Below, one piece after another: positions 50,859-64,000 of a stretch of 64,000 nucleotides of DNA. Position numbers and translations under genes: made by a program. The stretch is from Phoronis australis. Its lineage: Eukaryota; Animalia; Phoronida. How positions within the stretch are numbered: position 1 is the first letter of the stretch; the number at the start of each line of letters is the position of its first letter. The stretch covers positions 729,506-793,505 of the forward strand of contig NMRA01000121.1 in NCBI GenBank assembly GCA_002633005.1, read 5' to 3'. Under the pieces are notes generated by a model that saw nothing but the letters and a program-made list of their open reading frames with translations, ran no database searches and was not told the origin of the DNA.

Positions 50859-53800
50859 TAACAGATAAAGCCAAACAAGACAGTCTAAAATTGAACTACA
50901 AAAGGTCAACATTGTTCACAAGTCACATGGGATTTGGGCATGACAGGAAGTTAAATCCTCCACTTGTAATAAAAGTTGCAATCTGTATCCTCACCACCAT
51001 GACAAACAACTGGTTATTATTGCAGGCAATTTTTTATGTTGGCTGACTTTGATGAGCTGTTAGCCCAACAACAGTAATTTACTAATATCTTTTTGCGATC
51101 TTTATGTTGAAAGCTAGACATACTCAACAATGAATCTTGCCCTGTCACAGAGCTAGAGGGGCTAAAACTTTTGGTAAATCAATTTTTGAATTTTGCTATT
51201 ATTGAGCAAATAGTGACTTTGAAAGCAATTTTTAAGAGCACCACAGCACTAATCTGACAGGACAATCAATCGGAAATAAATCAAGTTAGAGGTGGCATAT
51301 GTTCCTGTCAAAGGATTCAATTTTTATTGTAATAATCAACTGGCCTCATTTAAAACCGTATGAGGATACAGTCCAGAATGAACAAAGTAATGGTTGGCTT
51401 GCATGGAGAGACTTCCAGCTGTAGTTCGTTCAAAGTGAAGTATACATGGCCAACATATAGCGTGCATTTAAACTAATAATTCTTATTCATACACTAGTAA
51501 ATTGCACTGCATTCCAGTCATAACAAGCATTTGTCACAGGGAGATCAAATTGTCTCACAAGTCTCAGCATATACACAGGCCAATACTATTGATTCATGTG
51601 CTAATATTTTTTGTAACAATTACCCAGATGAAAGCTTCCTTCTCACTATATCATCCAAGTAGACTTATGACCTTGAAAATGAAGTCAACTGGTGTTTGGA
51701 AATGCCCCAACTACATCTGGGTAAAACTATTAACAAAACTTAACACTTTTTTAATGTATCGCACCAAAATTATTCTCTCAAACAAAACTTTTGAATAAAA
51801 CTTTTAAGTTTTTTGTTATGACCTTCAAAATGTCAATGGCACCTGGAGATCCCAACCTACATGTTGGTGCACTTTTGCAATTGGTTGCCATTGTCAATGG
51901 CAAACAATTGCAAAGCTTATAAAAATGGACACCAGGTGGCACAGAATGTTGAACTGTCACATTCAAATGGAAAGGCATAGTTGGCTCAGTAGGAGAAACT
52001 TGTATGTCAAATTTCATGAAAATTCATCGAGTAACCATAACAATAGAGGCAAATGTAAAAATTTCCATCAGGGACAGAGCAGTAGTCAGATAGGTAGGAA
52101 ACTAATCCTCTTCTGAAAGCTTTATAGGAATACATCTGCCAAATCTCATTAAGATCCTTCACAGAGTTTAAGAGATACCCAGACAGTGATGACACCAAGA
52201 TACACCCACATATGTATATACAGACGCGCAAAAGGACTTAAAATGGTCTAGATATCACTCCTAGATTTTATTGGAGCAATGACTGGGGACTCTTTCTGCC
52301 TACAGAATACACAACAGTTGTACCATACACCCCTCTACACAACAGTTGNAACACAATAACTAACACCTCTCTGTCAGCCAACACACTCACTAACACCTAA
52401 CAGATAAAGCCAAACAAGACAGTCTAAAATTGAACTACAAAAGGTCAACATTGTTCACAAGTCACATGGGATTTGGGCATGACAGGAAGTTAAATCCTCC
52501 ACTTGTATTAATAAAAGTTTAAATCTGTATCCTCACCACCATGACAAACAACTGGTTATTATTGCAGGCAAATTTTTATGTTGGCTGACTTTTATGAGCT
52601 ATTAGCCCAACAACAGTAATTTACTAATATCTTTTTGCGATCTTTATGTTGAAAGCTAGACATACTCAACAATGAATCTTGCCCTGTCATAGAGCTAGAG
52701 GGGCTAAAACTTTTGGTAAATCATTTTTTGAATTTTGCTATTATTGAGCAAATAGTGACTTTGAAAGCAATTTTTAAGAGCAACACAGCCCTAATCTGAC
52801 AGGACAATCAATCGGAAATAAATCAAGTTAGAGGTGGCATATGTTCCTGTCAAAGGATTCAATTTTTATTGTAATAATCAATTGGCCTCATTTAAAACCG
52901 TATGAGGATACAGTCCAGAATGAACAAAGCAATGGTTTGCTTGCATGGAGAGACTTCCAGCTGTAGTTCGTTCAAAGTGAAGTATACATGGCCAACATAT
53001 GGCGTGCATTTATAAACTAATAATTCTTATTCGTACACTAGTAAATTGCATTGCATTCCAGTCATAACAAGCATTTGTCACAGGGAGATCAAATTGTCTC
53101 ACAAGTCTCAGCATATACACAGGCCAATACTATTGATTCATGTGCTAATATTTTTTGTAACAGTTACCCAGATGAAAGCTTCCTTCTCAATATATCATCC
53201 AAGTAAACTCATGACCTTGAAAATGAAGTCAACTGACGTTTGGAAATGCCCCAACTACATCTGGGTAAAACTATTAACAAAACTTAACACTTTTTTAATG
53301 TATCGCACCAAAATCATTCTCTCAAACAAAACTTTATGACCTTCAAAATGTCACTGGCACCTGGAGATCCCAACCTACATGTTGGTGCACTTTTGCAATT
53401 GGTTGCCATTGTCAATGGCAACCAATTGCAAAGCTTATAAAAATGGACACCAGGTGGCACAGAATGTTGAACTGTCATATTCAAATGGAAAGGCATAGTT
53501 GGCTCATGAAAATTCATCGAGTAACCATAACAATAGAGGCAAATGTAAAAATTTCCATCAGGGACAGAGCAGTAATCAGATAGGTAGGAAACTAATCCTC
53601 TTCTGAAAGCTTCATAGGAATACATCTGCCAAATCTCATTAAGATCCTTCACAGATTTTAAGAGATACCGCAACTGACCCAGGACGCCCAGACAATGATG
53701 ACACCAAAATACACCCACATATGTATATACGGACGCGCAAAAGGACTTAAATGGTCTAGATATCACTCCTAAATTTTATTGGAGCAATGACTGGGGACTC

Positions 53801-53891
53801 TTTCTGCCTACAGAATACACAACAGTTGGACAATACACCCAATCTACACAACAGTTGGACCATACCCCCCTCTACACAACAGTTGTACCAT
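50811..53891. repeat. ~1.5-kb direct duplication (50811-52348 vs 52350-53891) joined by N, probably uncollapsed alleles
   Basis: Collinear near-identical copies with scattered substitutions and several indels. Both copies are bounded by minisatellites and Ns. Confidence 0.85.
51880..52235 (-). mobile_element. degraded HINE family A fragment (second copy at about 53430-53745)
   Basis: ggacaccaggtggcac and aaatttcatgaaaattc units, ending in a degenerate acacccacatatgtatatacagacgcgcaaaa terminus. Confidence 0.55.
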
Positions 53892-54312
53892 NAGTTGGAC
53901 CATACAACCCCTCTAAACTACCAAAATAATATACCTTTAATGAACATGCCAAATAAACTCATGAATCATCTGATCGGACGGAAGCTGAAATGTTTGTTTT
54001 TTTGATCAACGACACCAACCCCTCTACACAACAGTTGGACCATACACCCCTCTACACAAGGGTTGGACAAAACAACCCCTCTACACAACAGTTGGACCAT
54101 ACACCCCCTCTACACAACAGTTGGACCATACACCCCTCCACACAAGGGTTGGACAAAACAACCCCTCTACACAACAGTTGGACCATACACCCCCTCTACC
54201 CAACAGTTGAACCATACAACCCCTCTACACAACAGTTGGACCATACACCACTCTACACAACAGTTGGACCATACAACCCTCTACACAACAGTTGGACCAT
54301 ACAACCCCTCTA
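53815..54312. repeat. 28-30-bp minisatellite, fragmented around the N at 53892
   Basis: acacaacagttggaccatacacccctct-like units. Also present at 52307-52348. Confidence 0.9.
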
Positions 54313-57022
54313 AACTACCAAAATAATATACCTTTAATGAACATGCCAAATAAACTCATGAATCATCTGATGGGACGGAAGCTGAAATGTTTGTTTTTTT
54401 GATCAACGACACCAACCTAAACCTCAACAAAAGACTGCAATTTCAGCAAGCAGAAATAAACCAGTATATAAGCAGCAACGAAACTTAATTGTTGGAGAAT
54501 GATTTTATTCAAAAGCCGACAGACGTACCTAAGATATGGTGTTCTCCACATAATTGGAGACAGTAGTACTCAAAAATACAGGCAGGTGGCACACTATGTA
54601 CGCCATTGCTTGTCATCAGCACACACTGCTTTACCAGGCACACATCTAGCTAGCCACTAATGAAGACAAAATGAATAACAAATCAATAAGGATATAGTCA
54701 CAGATACTTGGCTAATTTTGACCTAGCTTGGTGCATCGCCTTATTTGATGTTTTCCCCCCTAGCTTGAATTTCCTTCCTGTCTTACTAACCATTCTAGAT
54801 AAGCTTGATAAAGGCTTTTGATGAGAAAGGTAAAGAAGGCTTTTCATATAAAAAATGTACAAGCTTGTTTAGTCTGTCACCTTATTCAATATTGAATTGC
54901 AAGCTTTAAAAACCCTGGCACTTGGCTATGCAAGCTTAAATAAACAAGACTGTTGGTCATTAACATAATGGACTCAAGTATCTTCAGTGTATAACCTGGT
55001 TTTCCAAGTGCCTCTCGACCAACATAAACAAATCCTGATCCCATGCCACCTTGTCCAGCAGCACATAAAAGATGTCTGCCACAGTGTTGGAAAAGTTATG
55101 CAAGCTTGCTGTGCAGCCTTGAATAATATTAACCAGCTTTGAATACGATTGGCTACTTTTAGGTTGATCTTGACACTAACAATTACTCATGCTCAGCGTT
55201 GTAGACAGTCTTGTCAAATTGGAACAATATTCATGTTATTGAAGTACTTAACTCGTGGCTGACAGGTGAATTTAATACTGCAAAATGATAAAAACCTTAA
55301 TGTTTTGCACAGAAGCTTCAGATATCGAATACATCAGTTACACAGATTCACAAAACTTTTCTGGGAGTCCAATTTCTCTTTTAACCGAGACATGGACACC
55401 AGTCAACAATCACATGCGAAAGCACGTTCTAATAGCAAGGACAATCACACCAATTATCACTGTAAATTGGTCACAAAACTTTCAACAAAAGCAACGCATG
55501 GCGTTGAAATGCGCCCACAACAGCAATGCTTCTAAGGGTGTTTTTAAGCGTCAAAATTGGACACTAGGTGACACAGACTACATCAAATCCATCCCAAATT
55601 GGGCTATCACCCTAATACCAGAAACTTTTTTACCACATGTCAGATACAGATGTAAACATAACAAGAGCAACGCGGAGGGTTGGAATGCGCCCACGAATGC
55701 ATTGCAAATGGTGTGCTTTTAGGGTTATTTATTTGTATCATAAAAATGGCCACTAGATGGCGCAAAAACATACAATCCATCCCAAAACAGGAACATGCCA
55801 TATTTCATAAAAATCTGTCAAGGAACTTCAGAGAAACAAAGGAAAACAGAACAAGAGCAACGCGGAGCGTTGAAATGCGCCCACAATTGCACCGCATACG
55901 GTATCCTTCTAGGGTTGTTTATTGGTACCATAAAGTGGCTGAGTAGAGGGCATACTTTGCAAAATGGAAAGGCATGGTCATTGTCTCCTCAATAGGCTAG
56001 GGGCAAAATGTGAGTAATCTTCATAATACAAGCACATCCTATACACCAGTTGCTAAAAGCACCACAGAAACAATTAAAAACAAATTTACCAACATACGAG
56101 ATTAGCACAGCATTAGAATGCCAGAAACAAATTTCTACTTGGAACTTTTCCTTCACAGTCACGAAGTAACACAAAGTATACACCTGAAGACCTATGAAAA
56201 TACAGAGGTCAATGTAAAATACTAAAATTGCCACTAGAGGCAAATACTAGAATTGCCACTAGAGGCATACCGGTAGTCAGAATCATCCTAAAGTCGTCAT
56301 CGTCCGTTGTCAACATCACATAAATATACTTGCTAAATTTAGTAAAGATCCTGCAAACGGTTTGGGAGATACAGCCATGGGCGCAAAAAACAAAACTGCC
56401 ACTAGGAGGCGCCACAGTAGTCCAAATCGTCTGAAAATCATTGTCAGCTGTCTTCCTTATAGTAAGCACATACACGCCANGACGGACAGAGATGACGGCA
56501 TAATGCGTCCACATATAAATATGTGGGCGCATAATAAAATGAAATGCCACTAGTGGGCACAGTGTCCGTTGGATCCGCCTGAAAGTCGTCGTCTGTTGTT
56601 ATCTTCATATAAATACACTTACTAAATATAGTAAAGATCCTGCAGTGGGTTTAAGAGATACAACTATGGGCGCAAAACAAAACTACCACTAGGAGGTGCC
56701 ACAGTAGTCAGTCACCATTATCAAAGGGCGTCTTCACACTGAGAACATATATGCCAATTTTCAAATGATTTGGTCGATACAGAGGTGGACACCAAAAACA
56801 AAATTTGAAAACAGCAAAAATGGCCACTAGATAGTGCAAAGTACCTCGATTCCATCCAAAACCAGGAAGACAGCGTCATCACACCAATAGATGCCTATAT
56901 TTCAAATTTTATGAAAATCTGTTGAGGACCTTTGAAGATACTGAGTTAAACATAAAAAAATAAATTGCCACTAGGGGGCACAGTAGTAATCAGATCTGTT
57001 CGAAAGTCGTCATCATCTGTAG

Positions 57023-57498
57023 CAGGGCTTGGAATGACCAATGACAAAAAAGCGGAAACTTTGAAACTGTTACGGCCCAGATCATGCCCGATAACCAGCC
57101 TTGAAATGTGAACCTTTCCCCGACAAAAATCGGGAGGACTAAAAAAAAAAAAGTTCCACCATCAGTAGCATGCGTCTGCGTCCTTTTAGCTCGCCCGTCC
57201 ACTCCCAACCCACACATTTTTGGCTGCAGAGCGGTAGTATTTATCGCCGCGCTTAACAATTACACGAGACGCCATTGAAAATCACACCACGCTGTCCCAG
57301 ATGCCCCGGCAATGTTGACAATTTACGTTCCTCCGAAACATATAGAGCAACTTCCGCTTTTCGAGGTGAACGTTGTCTGCAACGCCGCGGTAAGAAAGGA
57401 ATTTGCCGCGGAAATTTTATATCAAATCCGATTTTTTTACGCAGAAATATTATAAAAAAAGCGGAAATCCGCGTTTCCGCGGAAAATTCCAAGCCCTG
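57023..57498. mobile_element. 476-bp hAT-like MITE with 6-bp TSD, inserted in a HINE
   Basis: Perfect 13-bp TIRs CAGGGCTTGGAAT / ATTCCAAGCCCTG with CTGTAG on both flanks. Removing it restores the HINE subunit gtcgtcatc...gtcaacatcatata. Confidence 0.87.
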
Positions 57499-58077
57499 CT
57501 GTAGTCAACATCATATAAATACACTTGCTAAATTAAGTAAAGATCCTGCGAACGGTTTAGGAGATACAGCCATAGGCACAACAAAAACAAAACTGCCACT
57601 AGGAGGCGCCACAGTAGTCGAAATCGTCGGAAAATCATCGTCAACCGTCCTCTTCATAGTAAGCACATACATGCCAATTTTCACAATCATCCTTTGAACG
57701 GTTTGGTTAACAGAGGGGTGGATGCAAAAAAGAGACTCGAAAACAGTAAAAATGGCCACTAGGTGGTGCAAACTAACGTCGTATCCATCCAAAAACGGTA
57801 GGATAGTGTCATATCAATAATACGTGCCTACATACCAAATTTCATGAAAATCCATTCAGAACTTTTGAAGATACAAAGGCAAGTGTAAAAAACTAAAATT
57901 GCCATTATGGGGCACACTGGTAGTCGGATCCGTCCGAAAGTTCACTCATGCCGTCCCATTCATGAATGGAACATATGTGCCAAATTTCAGGAACGTATGT
58001 CAAAGAGTTTTGGAGATAGAGCAGCGGACGCCGCCCGGACGGACGGAGATGACAGCATAATGCGTCCACATATAAAT

Positions 58078-60046
58078 CAGACCTGTGTACCACCAAAACC
58101 CCATTGGAGTACTCTGAACACTAGATTTGCAGATTTTTCAGTAAATTTGCAGATTTTCGAGTACAGACAAAATTTACCCTAAAATATGGGGAGGGGGGTT
58201 AATTTTCACAGTGGACCTTTCACTAACTAAAAAAAGAAAAAAACAATGAGTTTGTTCAACGTTCAGAGCTTTCGCCGAATACTTGCCTCTTTAGTGGACT
58301 TTTGTCTTGTTTAGTCAAAACTTTTGGTTTCTCAAATGACCCCCCCTCCCTCCCCCCGAGGACAGTTTTCCTACTTACTTGCCTCTAAAATACACGCAGT
58401 GACTTGATCACCAATTTTCAGAATAATTTAAGTCGTTTAATTGAGGGAAAACGCGCTAAGTGAAAAGATCCTGTTAATCAAATGTCCTTACTGAACTTAG
58501 TTGTCTTAACATGTCTAATCATTAGGCTAATGATTAACCTAATGATTAATCATGTATATACACCTCATTTCTTAACACAAAAACATATCTGCAAATATGT
58601 GTTGATGAATCTGCACTGGACAATGTTTCGCACCAGACGATATTTTCTAAACCAATCACAAAAGTTATGAACAATTATTCATTGCAAGTGTCTGTGAACA
58701 CGTACCACCGTACTGCATGCGAAAAGACCTCGAGGCTCGACTGTGCCTTGAGTATTATCGTCAGCTCAACATGCTACGAAGTCAGTGCAGATCACCATGT
58801 CCGCAAAAAAACAACACGCCTTACAACTTCCAGTATAAATTACACGGTCCCTTGAATAAGACATTGTCATTCTTTGGAATAACGCGGTAAAAAAAGATTT
58901 TCCCTTCTTTCAGAAGCTAATTTTTTCACAGCACGGAATATGCGACCACATGCTTTGGGGGCACAGAACAGTTCTCACAGGGGTTTGCCCGTCAGAACAC
59001 ACGTCAATGCACTCTTCACCCTTTCTTCACTTTGTCCAAAACTACATGCAAATAAGGAAATGTTTTGAGTCATTTCACATCACAAGCCCTACAGATGAGC
59101 ACAGAAACTTTATTCTCTCTTGTATTTTTGACCCATTCACTCCCAGTGGAAACCAAGCCGAAATAAGAAAAATGAGGGCAAAAAAATGCAAAATCGGCAC
59201 TTTTCACCCCAAAATCACCACTTTCCTGCCGATGCTCGACTAAAGCCAACATTAGATTCCGAAAGCAAATTTCCTGCCGATTCCAAAAATGTGGTCCAAA
59301 AGTACTGTCAACCAACTATTTTTTTTGCAAATCTGGCTTGTTTGAGGGCTACCTGAATTCGTGGCCAATTTCTCAGTTGCTACACAGCAATGCACAACTG
59401 CAACAGAGGGCCACCATCTTGAAGAAGAGTGCAGCTAAAGCCGAGAAACTGGCCTTTTTTCATTCCCAGCATGTTCACAAATACAACAAAAAAACATTCA
59501 CTTGGCCTACACACAATACCTAATTGAAAAATGCCCCCAAGCCTGGCCTAGCCCTAGATTTTAACATTTTGGGAGTGCAAATTGGCCGCGGCCACAACCT
59601 AACTATTCAGTGCCACCTTTGCCATTTTGTCAACAATACGTATTTAGCCGTAAATAGCCGGAATTAGACGAAGTAAGCAATCCACAAATCACAGAAGTCG
59701 TTGCTTATCGGTTAGGACTGTGACACACATACCGGTAGAAGAGGCCTCGCGATTCGCCGATTATCAGGCTATTTCGAGAATGAAACGAAGCAAGTTTTCC
59801 AAGTTTGTAGTTCAACTTTTTGGCTAAAATTATGATTTTACAATATTTTTTTTAATTTCTAACTTTAAAATCTTCTTCCTCGTCCGTTTAGACTACAAAT
59901 CGGCGTATTTATTGAGAAACAAGCGAATTAATAATCTATTTTGAATTTCCTGAATTTGCGTATTTTTGGCTGGCCGTGCGTACTTGCGTACTGGAGGCTC
60001 GATTTCCGTACGAATCCGCATTTTTTGCGTATGGTACACAGATCTG
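58078..60046. mobile_element. 1969-bp non-autonomous hAT-like element with 6-bp TSD, inserted in the HINE terminal hairpin
   Basis: TIRs CAGACCTGTGTACCA / TGGTACACAGATCTG (15 bp, 1 mismatch) with ATAAAT on both flanks. Removing it restores atgcgtccacatataaatatgtgttcgcata. Confidence 0.87.
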
Positions 60047-62612
60047 ATAAATATGTGTTCGCATATAAATTAAAATTGCCACTTTGGGGCAGAGCAGTAG
60101 TCAGCGCAGTAGTCAGCGCCGTCCAAAAAAGTCATAGGTAGATGTAGTCAGATATAATATATAAATAAATCCTGCTATATTTCATTGCAAAACTTCACCA
60201 AGATCCTTCAAAGGAGTAGGGACATACATCCAAAGCAAAAGTAATTGCCACCAGAAAGCGTAACAGGAGTTAAATCTGCCCAGAAACCAACATCTTCTTA
60301 TCAGGAACAAAACAAGCATTCAAAAAATAAAAATAGCCACTTAGTGATGCAAATATGCATCAAATCCATACAAAAATGGAAGACTATCGTCATTTCCTTA
60401 ATAGAAACCTATTTGCCAAATTTCACAAAAATCAATCGATGAACTCCAAAAATACAGTGGCAAACGTAAATAACTAACACTGCCATTATGGGGCACAGTT
60501 TAATGGGTCTGAAATGTGTCATAAAATGTTGTTAGCTCCATAGGAACACGTCTGCCAAATTTCACTAAAATCCTTAGCCATAGACAGGAAAAATACCACT
60601 AGGGGGCGCCAAAGTAGTAGAACCTGTCCAAATATCAACATCAGATGTGGCCTTGTCAACAGAAACAGATGCCAATATTCACAACCATACTCCAAGTAGC
60701 TAGGCGGGTTGAGTCGGACGACAAAAATGGACTGGAAATGTGTTAAAAATTCCCACAAGGAGGTGCACGATAGGCAAAATCTGTCTGAAAATGAAAAGGC
60801 ATTGTCGTCACCTTAATAAAAACCTGTTAGCCAAGTTTCATGAAAATCCATCAATGAACTCCAAAGATACACAGAAAAGTGCAAAAAATAATATTGCCAC
60901 TAGGGGATACACCGATCATCGGATTGAGCAGGAACTCATCATTTGTTGTCAACTTCATAGAAACACGCTTGTCAAACTTCACAAATGTCAAACTTCACAA
61001 AGTTCCTGCAAAGGGAAAAGGAGATAAAGCAGAGGACGTAAAATGAAACAAAGAGTTGTCAATCACACCCGAAAATCAAAATCAATTGTGGTCTCCTCAT
61101 CAGAAACACACCTGCTAATTTTCATAAACATCCTCCAAGTGGAAGGTCCACAAGTTGCCGTAATCTGTCGTCACTTCATAGGAACACATCTGCCACATTG
61201 CATTACGATAAGCCTGCGGACGCCGAAGGACAGATGCCCCGAGATGACGACAATATGCACCCACATATAAATATGAAGGCGCATAAAAATCAGAAAATAT
61301 TTCTGGGTCTGGGGATGACGTTTGATCACTATTGGCTGAGACTAACAATTTATGTGTCAAACCTGACCTCAAGCAGTAATAACTGGTCACTCCTCCATAC
61401 ACATCAATCATTCCAAATATGGGAAAAAACAAGGTAACAAAAGAATTTCAATATCAAGTGCTCTGTATCATAGGATAACTCCCTTTTCATGATAGAAGGC
61501 AAATTTTAAAGGATGTGCCACCAAAAAACTGCATTTTGCAACAATATAACCAAGTTCCATTACAAAACATCAAAATCAGTTCCTAAACCAGACACTAGAT
61601 GGCACATACAGGTGCTAAAATAAGCCTGTGACCTCAATGGGTTGTGACTGGTGTGTGGCGTGGTTTACGCTTGGCACAAATCGAAAAGTTTTATGCCTGG
61701 CCACATCCAATTGTACCGATCAATTGTCAAACAACGCAAAGCCCTTGTGGATACATTAATCTTTTTGTACTGAGAGCTATTTTTCATAATCGCAGATTTT
61801 TTTGAAATTTGAAAGTAGGCTGCATCTGAGGTCAGAAGTTGGTTCGGATGCTGGTGAATTTCCCAGTCCCAGCCAGCCGTAAAATGAAAGTGCTTGGTTG
61901 GAAATATATTGTAGGCCACAATTTAGACGTTTGTGCAATGAAGAACATTGCCATGTATAGTAATTTAGGCTTGGTGCATTGCGCTGGTTTCTCAAGACAA
62001 ACCGCATTTGGTGAAGTGGACACAACACCAGGTGAAAAGAACACAGGATTAAAGTGGTAAAAATTGGGAGGCGCATGCCTTTAAAGTTTAATCATCAGAA
62101 CTTTGTTGATTTACATACAACTGCAAAAACAAATTTCAAGGATTTTAATACACTGTGAAGATAGGGACTGGTCACCAATTAGTTTTTTATGTTGTGCGAC
62201 TACTTGCAGCCAAGGAAACTATGTATTGCCCATTTCCACTTGCAGCACAATCGAATGTCGAGCGCGAGTGTGAAGTTGGTGGACAGCAAAGCATACATTA
62301 CCTCCAGCGCAATAGTCACAGGCATCCTCATGTCCACCACTGTTCTCTTAGTCTACCAACAGAGGGTGCTCCACGTGGCTGTTTGAGGAACCTAGGTTGC
62401 CGCAGCAACGCCAACTATGTTTCAATACTTTCAATCAATTTAGGGAATACATCCCATTTTCAGATGAGGACAGTCTTACAAAATCCATCGTTTAACACCA
62501 AATTTTACAGTAAAGGTGATTCATCAAAGGACAGGTACTTTTTTATTTCTGACATTTTTAGCTGTGAACTTAGCACAGCTTTTGTTTTCTTTTCATGTTT
62601 TGTTTAGTTGGC

Positions 62613-62618
62613 TTTATT
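62613..62618 (-). promoter_or_regulatory. candidate polyadenylation signal (AATAAA) for the hnRNP Q/R gene
   Basis: tttatt on + about 0.84 kb past the stop codon. Alternative hexamers occur near 62542 and 62790, so the signal actually used is unknown. Confidence 0.3.
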
Positions 62619-63451
62619 TGTAAAGAGAGAAAAAGAAAGAAAACAGGTTAGTATGGATGCGAGCTACAACCTAAGGCACTAAGCACATGATGCTTTTTTG
62701 AACAGCAATGATGTGGAATTTTTTGCACATCAAACGAAATTTGTACAAACAACAAACATTGTTTTGGCTAAAAGCTAAAAGTGTGACGTTTTATTTCTGA
62801 AACCATCTACAATATGTGTTACAACACCAGCATTTACAAATGACCTCAAAGAAAGAAAAGACAATGTGCCAAAATGTGACTTTTGTATGATAAACACAGA
62901 GATGGTGCAACATATAATTACAGAAAAGTTCACCACCCTCGTTTACACTTATCTTATGAAAAACTAGATTATCACTACACATTCATTTACACACAGTTAT
63001 TACAGTACAGTTTGAAGAACCAGATATGTGTCCCCGGCATTTTGGTAAAACTTGCGACAGGAAAATAAAATGGTCACTTCAACGACCAGATCAGCTATTT
63101 ACAGCAGATTAAAAAAAGCACGGAGCACACACAAATAGAAAATTTTCGCCTGCTGAACATCCTTTCACGTTCTTGTGGAAAGTATCGCCTTTTTCACCAG
63201 CCTGAGAATTTCTGTCATAAATCCAAAGCTGAAAAACTGTACACAGCAGTCATTGTGATCACTGGTTTTCAAAACCTTGAATCCTTGTACAGTTAGATAT
63301 GGATGGAGCGAATGTTTCGGATGAAAGTAGTTTTTTCGCATAAAACTGCTTTTGTGGTGGGAGCAGGCAAATTGAGAATGTTTTCATTCTTTCAGTTTCT
63401 CACTTGTCATTTACCAGAGACTGTTAAGTGTGAATTTAGCTGTCGTAGTTT

Positions 63452-63748
63452 TCACCAGCTGCTATTGAATGAATCCTGGTACCACTGGTTATTGCCCCCA
63501 AAATCCTGCATAGGCTGCTGGGCAATGGGCTGGGAGCCCCACGACTGGTCCATTGGCCGACGTTTGGCCTGCTGCTGGTTATCGCCGCCAAACTTACGTT
63601 TTCCAGCACGTGCACCGTTGTAGCCGCCGCCGCCGCCGAATGGACCTCCGCGACCACCTCGGAAGCCACCACCTCGCATGCCCCCTCCTCGCATCATGCC
63701 TCGTCCACCATGGAAGCCTCGCATGGGGCCACCGGGACCACCTCGACC
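63452..63748 (-). CDS. SYNCRIP: hnRNP Q/R (SYNCRIP-like) terminal coding exon; upstream exons not found, presumably beyond the window end
   Basis: Minus-strand acceptor ttttgtgccatag. Encodes an RGG-rich stretch, then GKRKFGGDNQQQAKRRPMDQSWGSQPIAQQPMQDFGGNNQWYQDSFNSSW*. This matches the hnRNP Q/R tail GKRK..KRR..WGSQPIAQQPL..FYQD.FG..W. Confidence 0.92.
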   Translation of the reverse strand, partial: GRGGPGGPMRGFHGGRGMMRGGGMRGGGFRGGRGGPFGGGGGYNGARAGKRKFGGDNQQQAKRRPMDQSWGSQPIAQQPMQDFGGNNQWYQDSFNSSW

Positions 63749-64000
63749 CTATGGCACAAAACAAGGGGTGAATATTATGTGTAGCCAGACACAGGACAGA
63801 ACATAAAGAAAACAATGTTTAATGAATACTATATTTAGAATAAACTAAAGATCCGCATCAAAACATAGAAATTACAGTAATGGACTCTTAAGGAATTAAC
63901 AACTGTGATTAGATCAACCAAGTGGAAGCAGAATACACCAGTGGGGAGCAGTAGAAAACAGAGGGGGGGACAGGCTACGTCAGGCATGAAGCCAGAAGGG

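Larger units (their letters stand above)
55485..61288 (-). mobile_element. triple-nested HINE family A cluster (outer 55485-61288, middle 55661-60064, inner 55851-56533)
   Basis: Three CAACGC..GTTG.AATGCGCCCAC ends (about 55490, 55661, 55851) and three ATGC..CCACATATAAATATG...CGCATA ends (about 56533, 60064, 61288). The inner copy is interrupted by the N at 56480. Confidence 0.78.

Overview
AT-rich, intron-containing animal genomic DNA, probably from a marine invertebrate (inferred from the repeat types, not proven). It is a draft assembly with single-N joins at 14726, 29047, 52349, 53892 and 56480. Two host genes converge on the window: the last four coding exons of RSPRY1 (+, 15109-20447) and the last coding exon of an hnRNP Q/R (SYNCRIP-like) gene (-, 63452-63748). 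Between them lies a two-gene Kolobok-type DNA transposon of at least 11 kb. I reconstructed its DDE transposase by hand as 15 exons with an open 752-codon frame (-, 29817-39866). It lies tail-to-tail with the last exon of a KolX / P2X7-C-terminal-like gene (+, 29106-29369). Its right end is probably ...GTGCCT|TTAA at 40377, next to a cut LINE relic, and its left end is lost at the 29047 gap. The rest is dense with non-autonomous elements. These include a Helentron-associated (HINE/DINE-1-like) family whose ~150-bp internal repeats each carry a CTCF-like motif and which nests into itself, a TA-target TIR element carrying a decayed HIRAN-like gene, and several MITEs with 5-, 6- and 9-bp target duplications. 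All calls come from manual reading and recalled protein motifs; no database searches were run.
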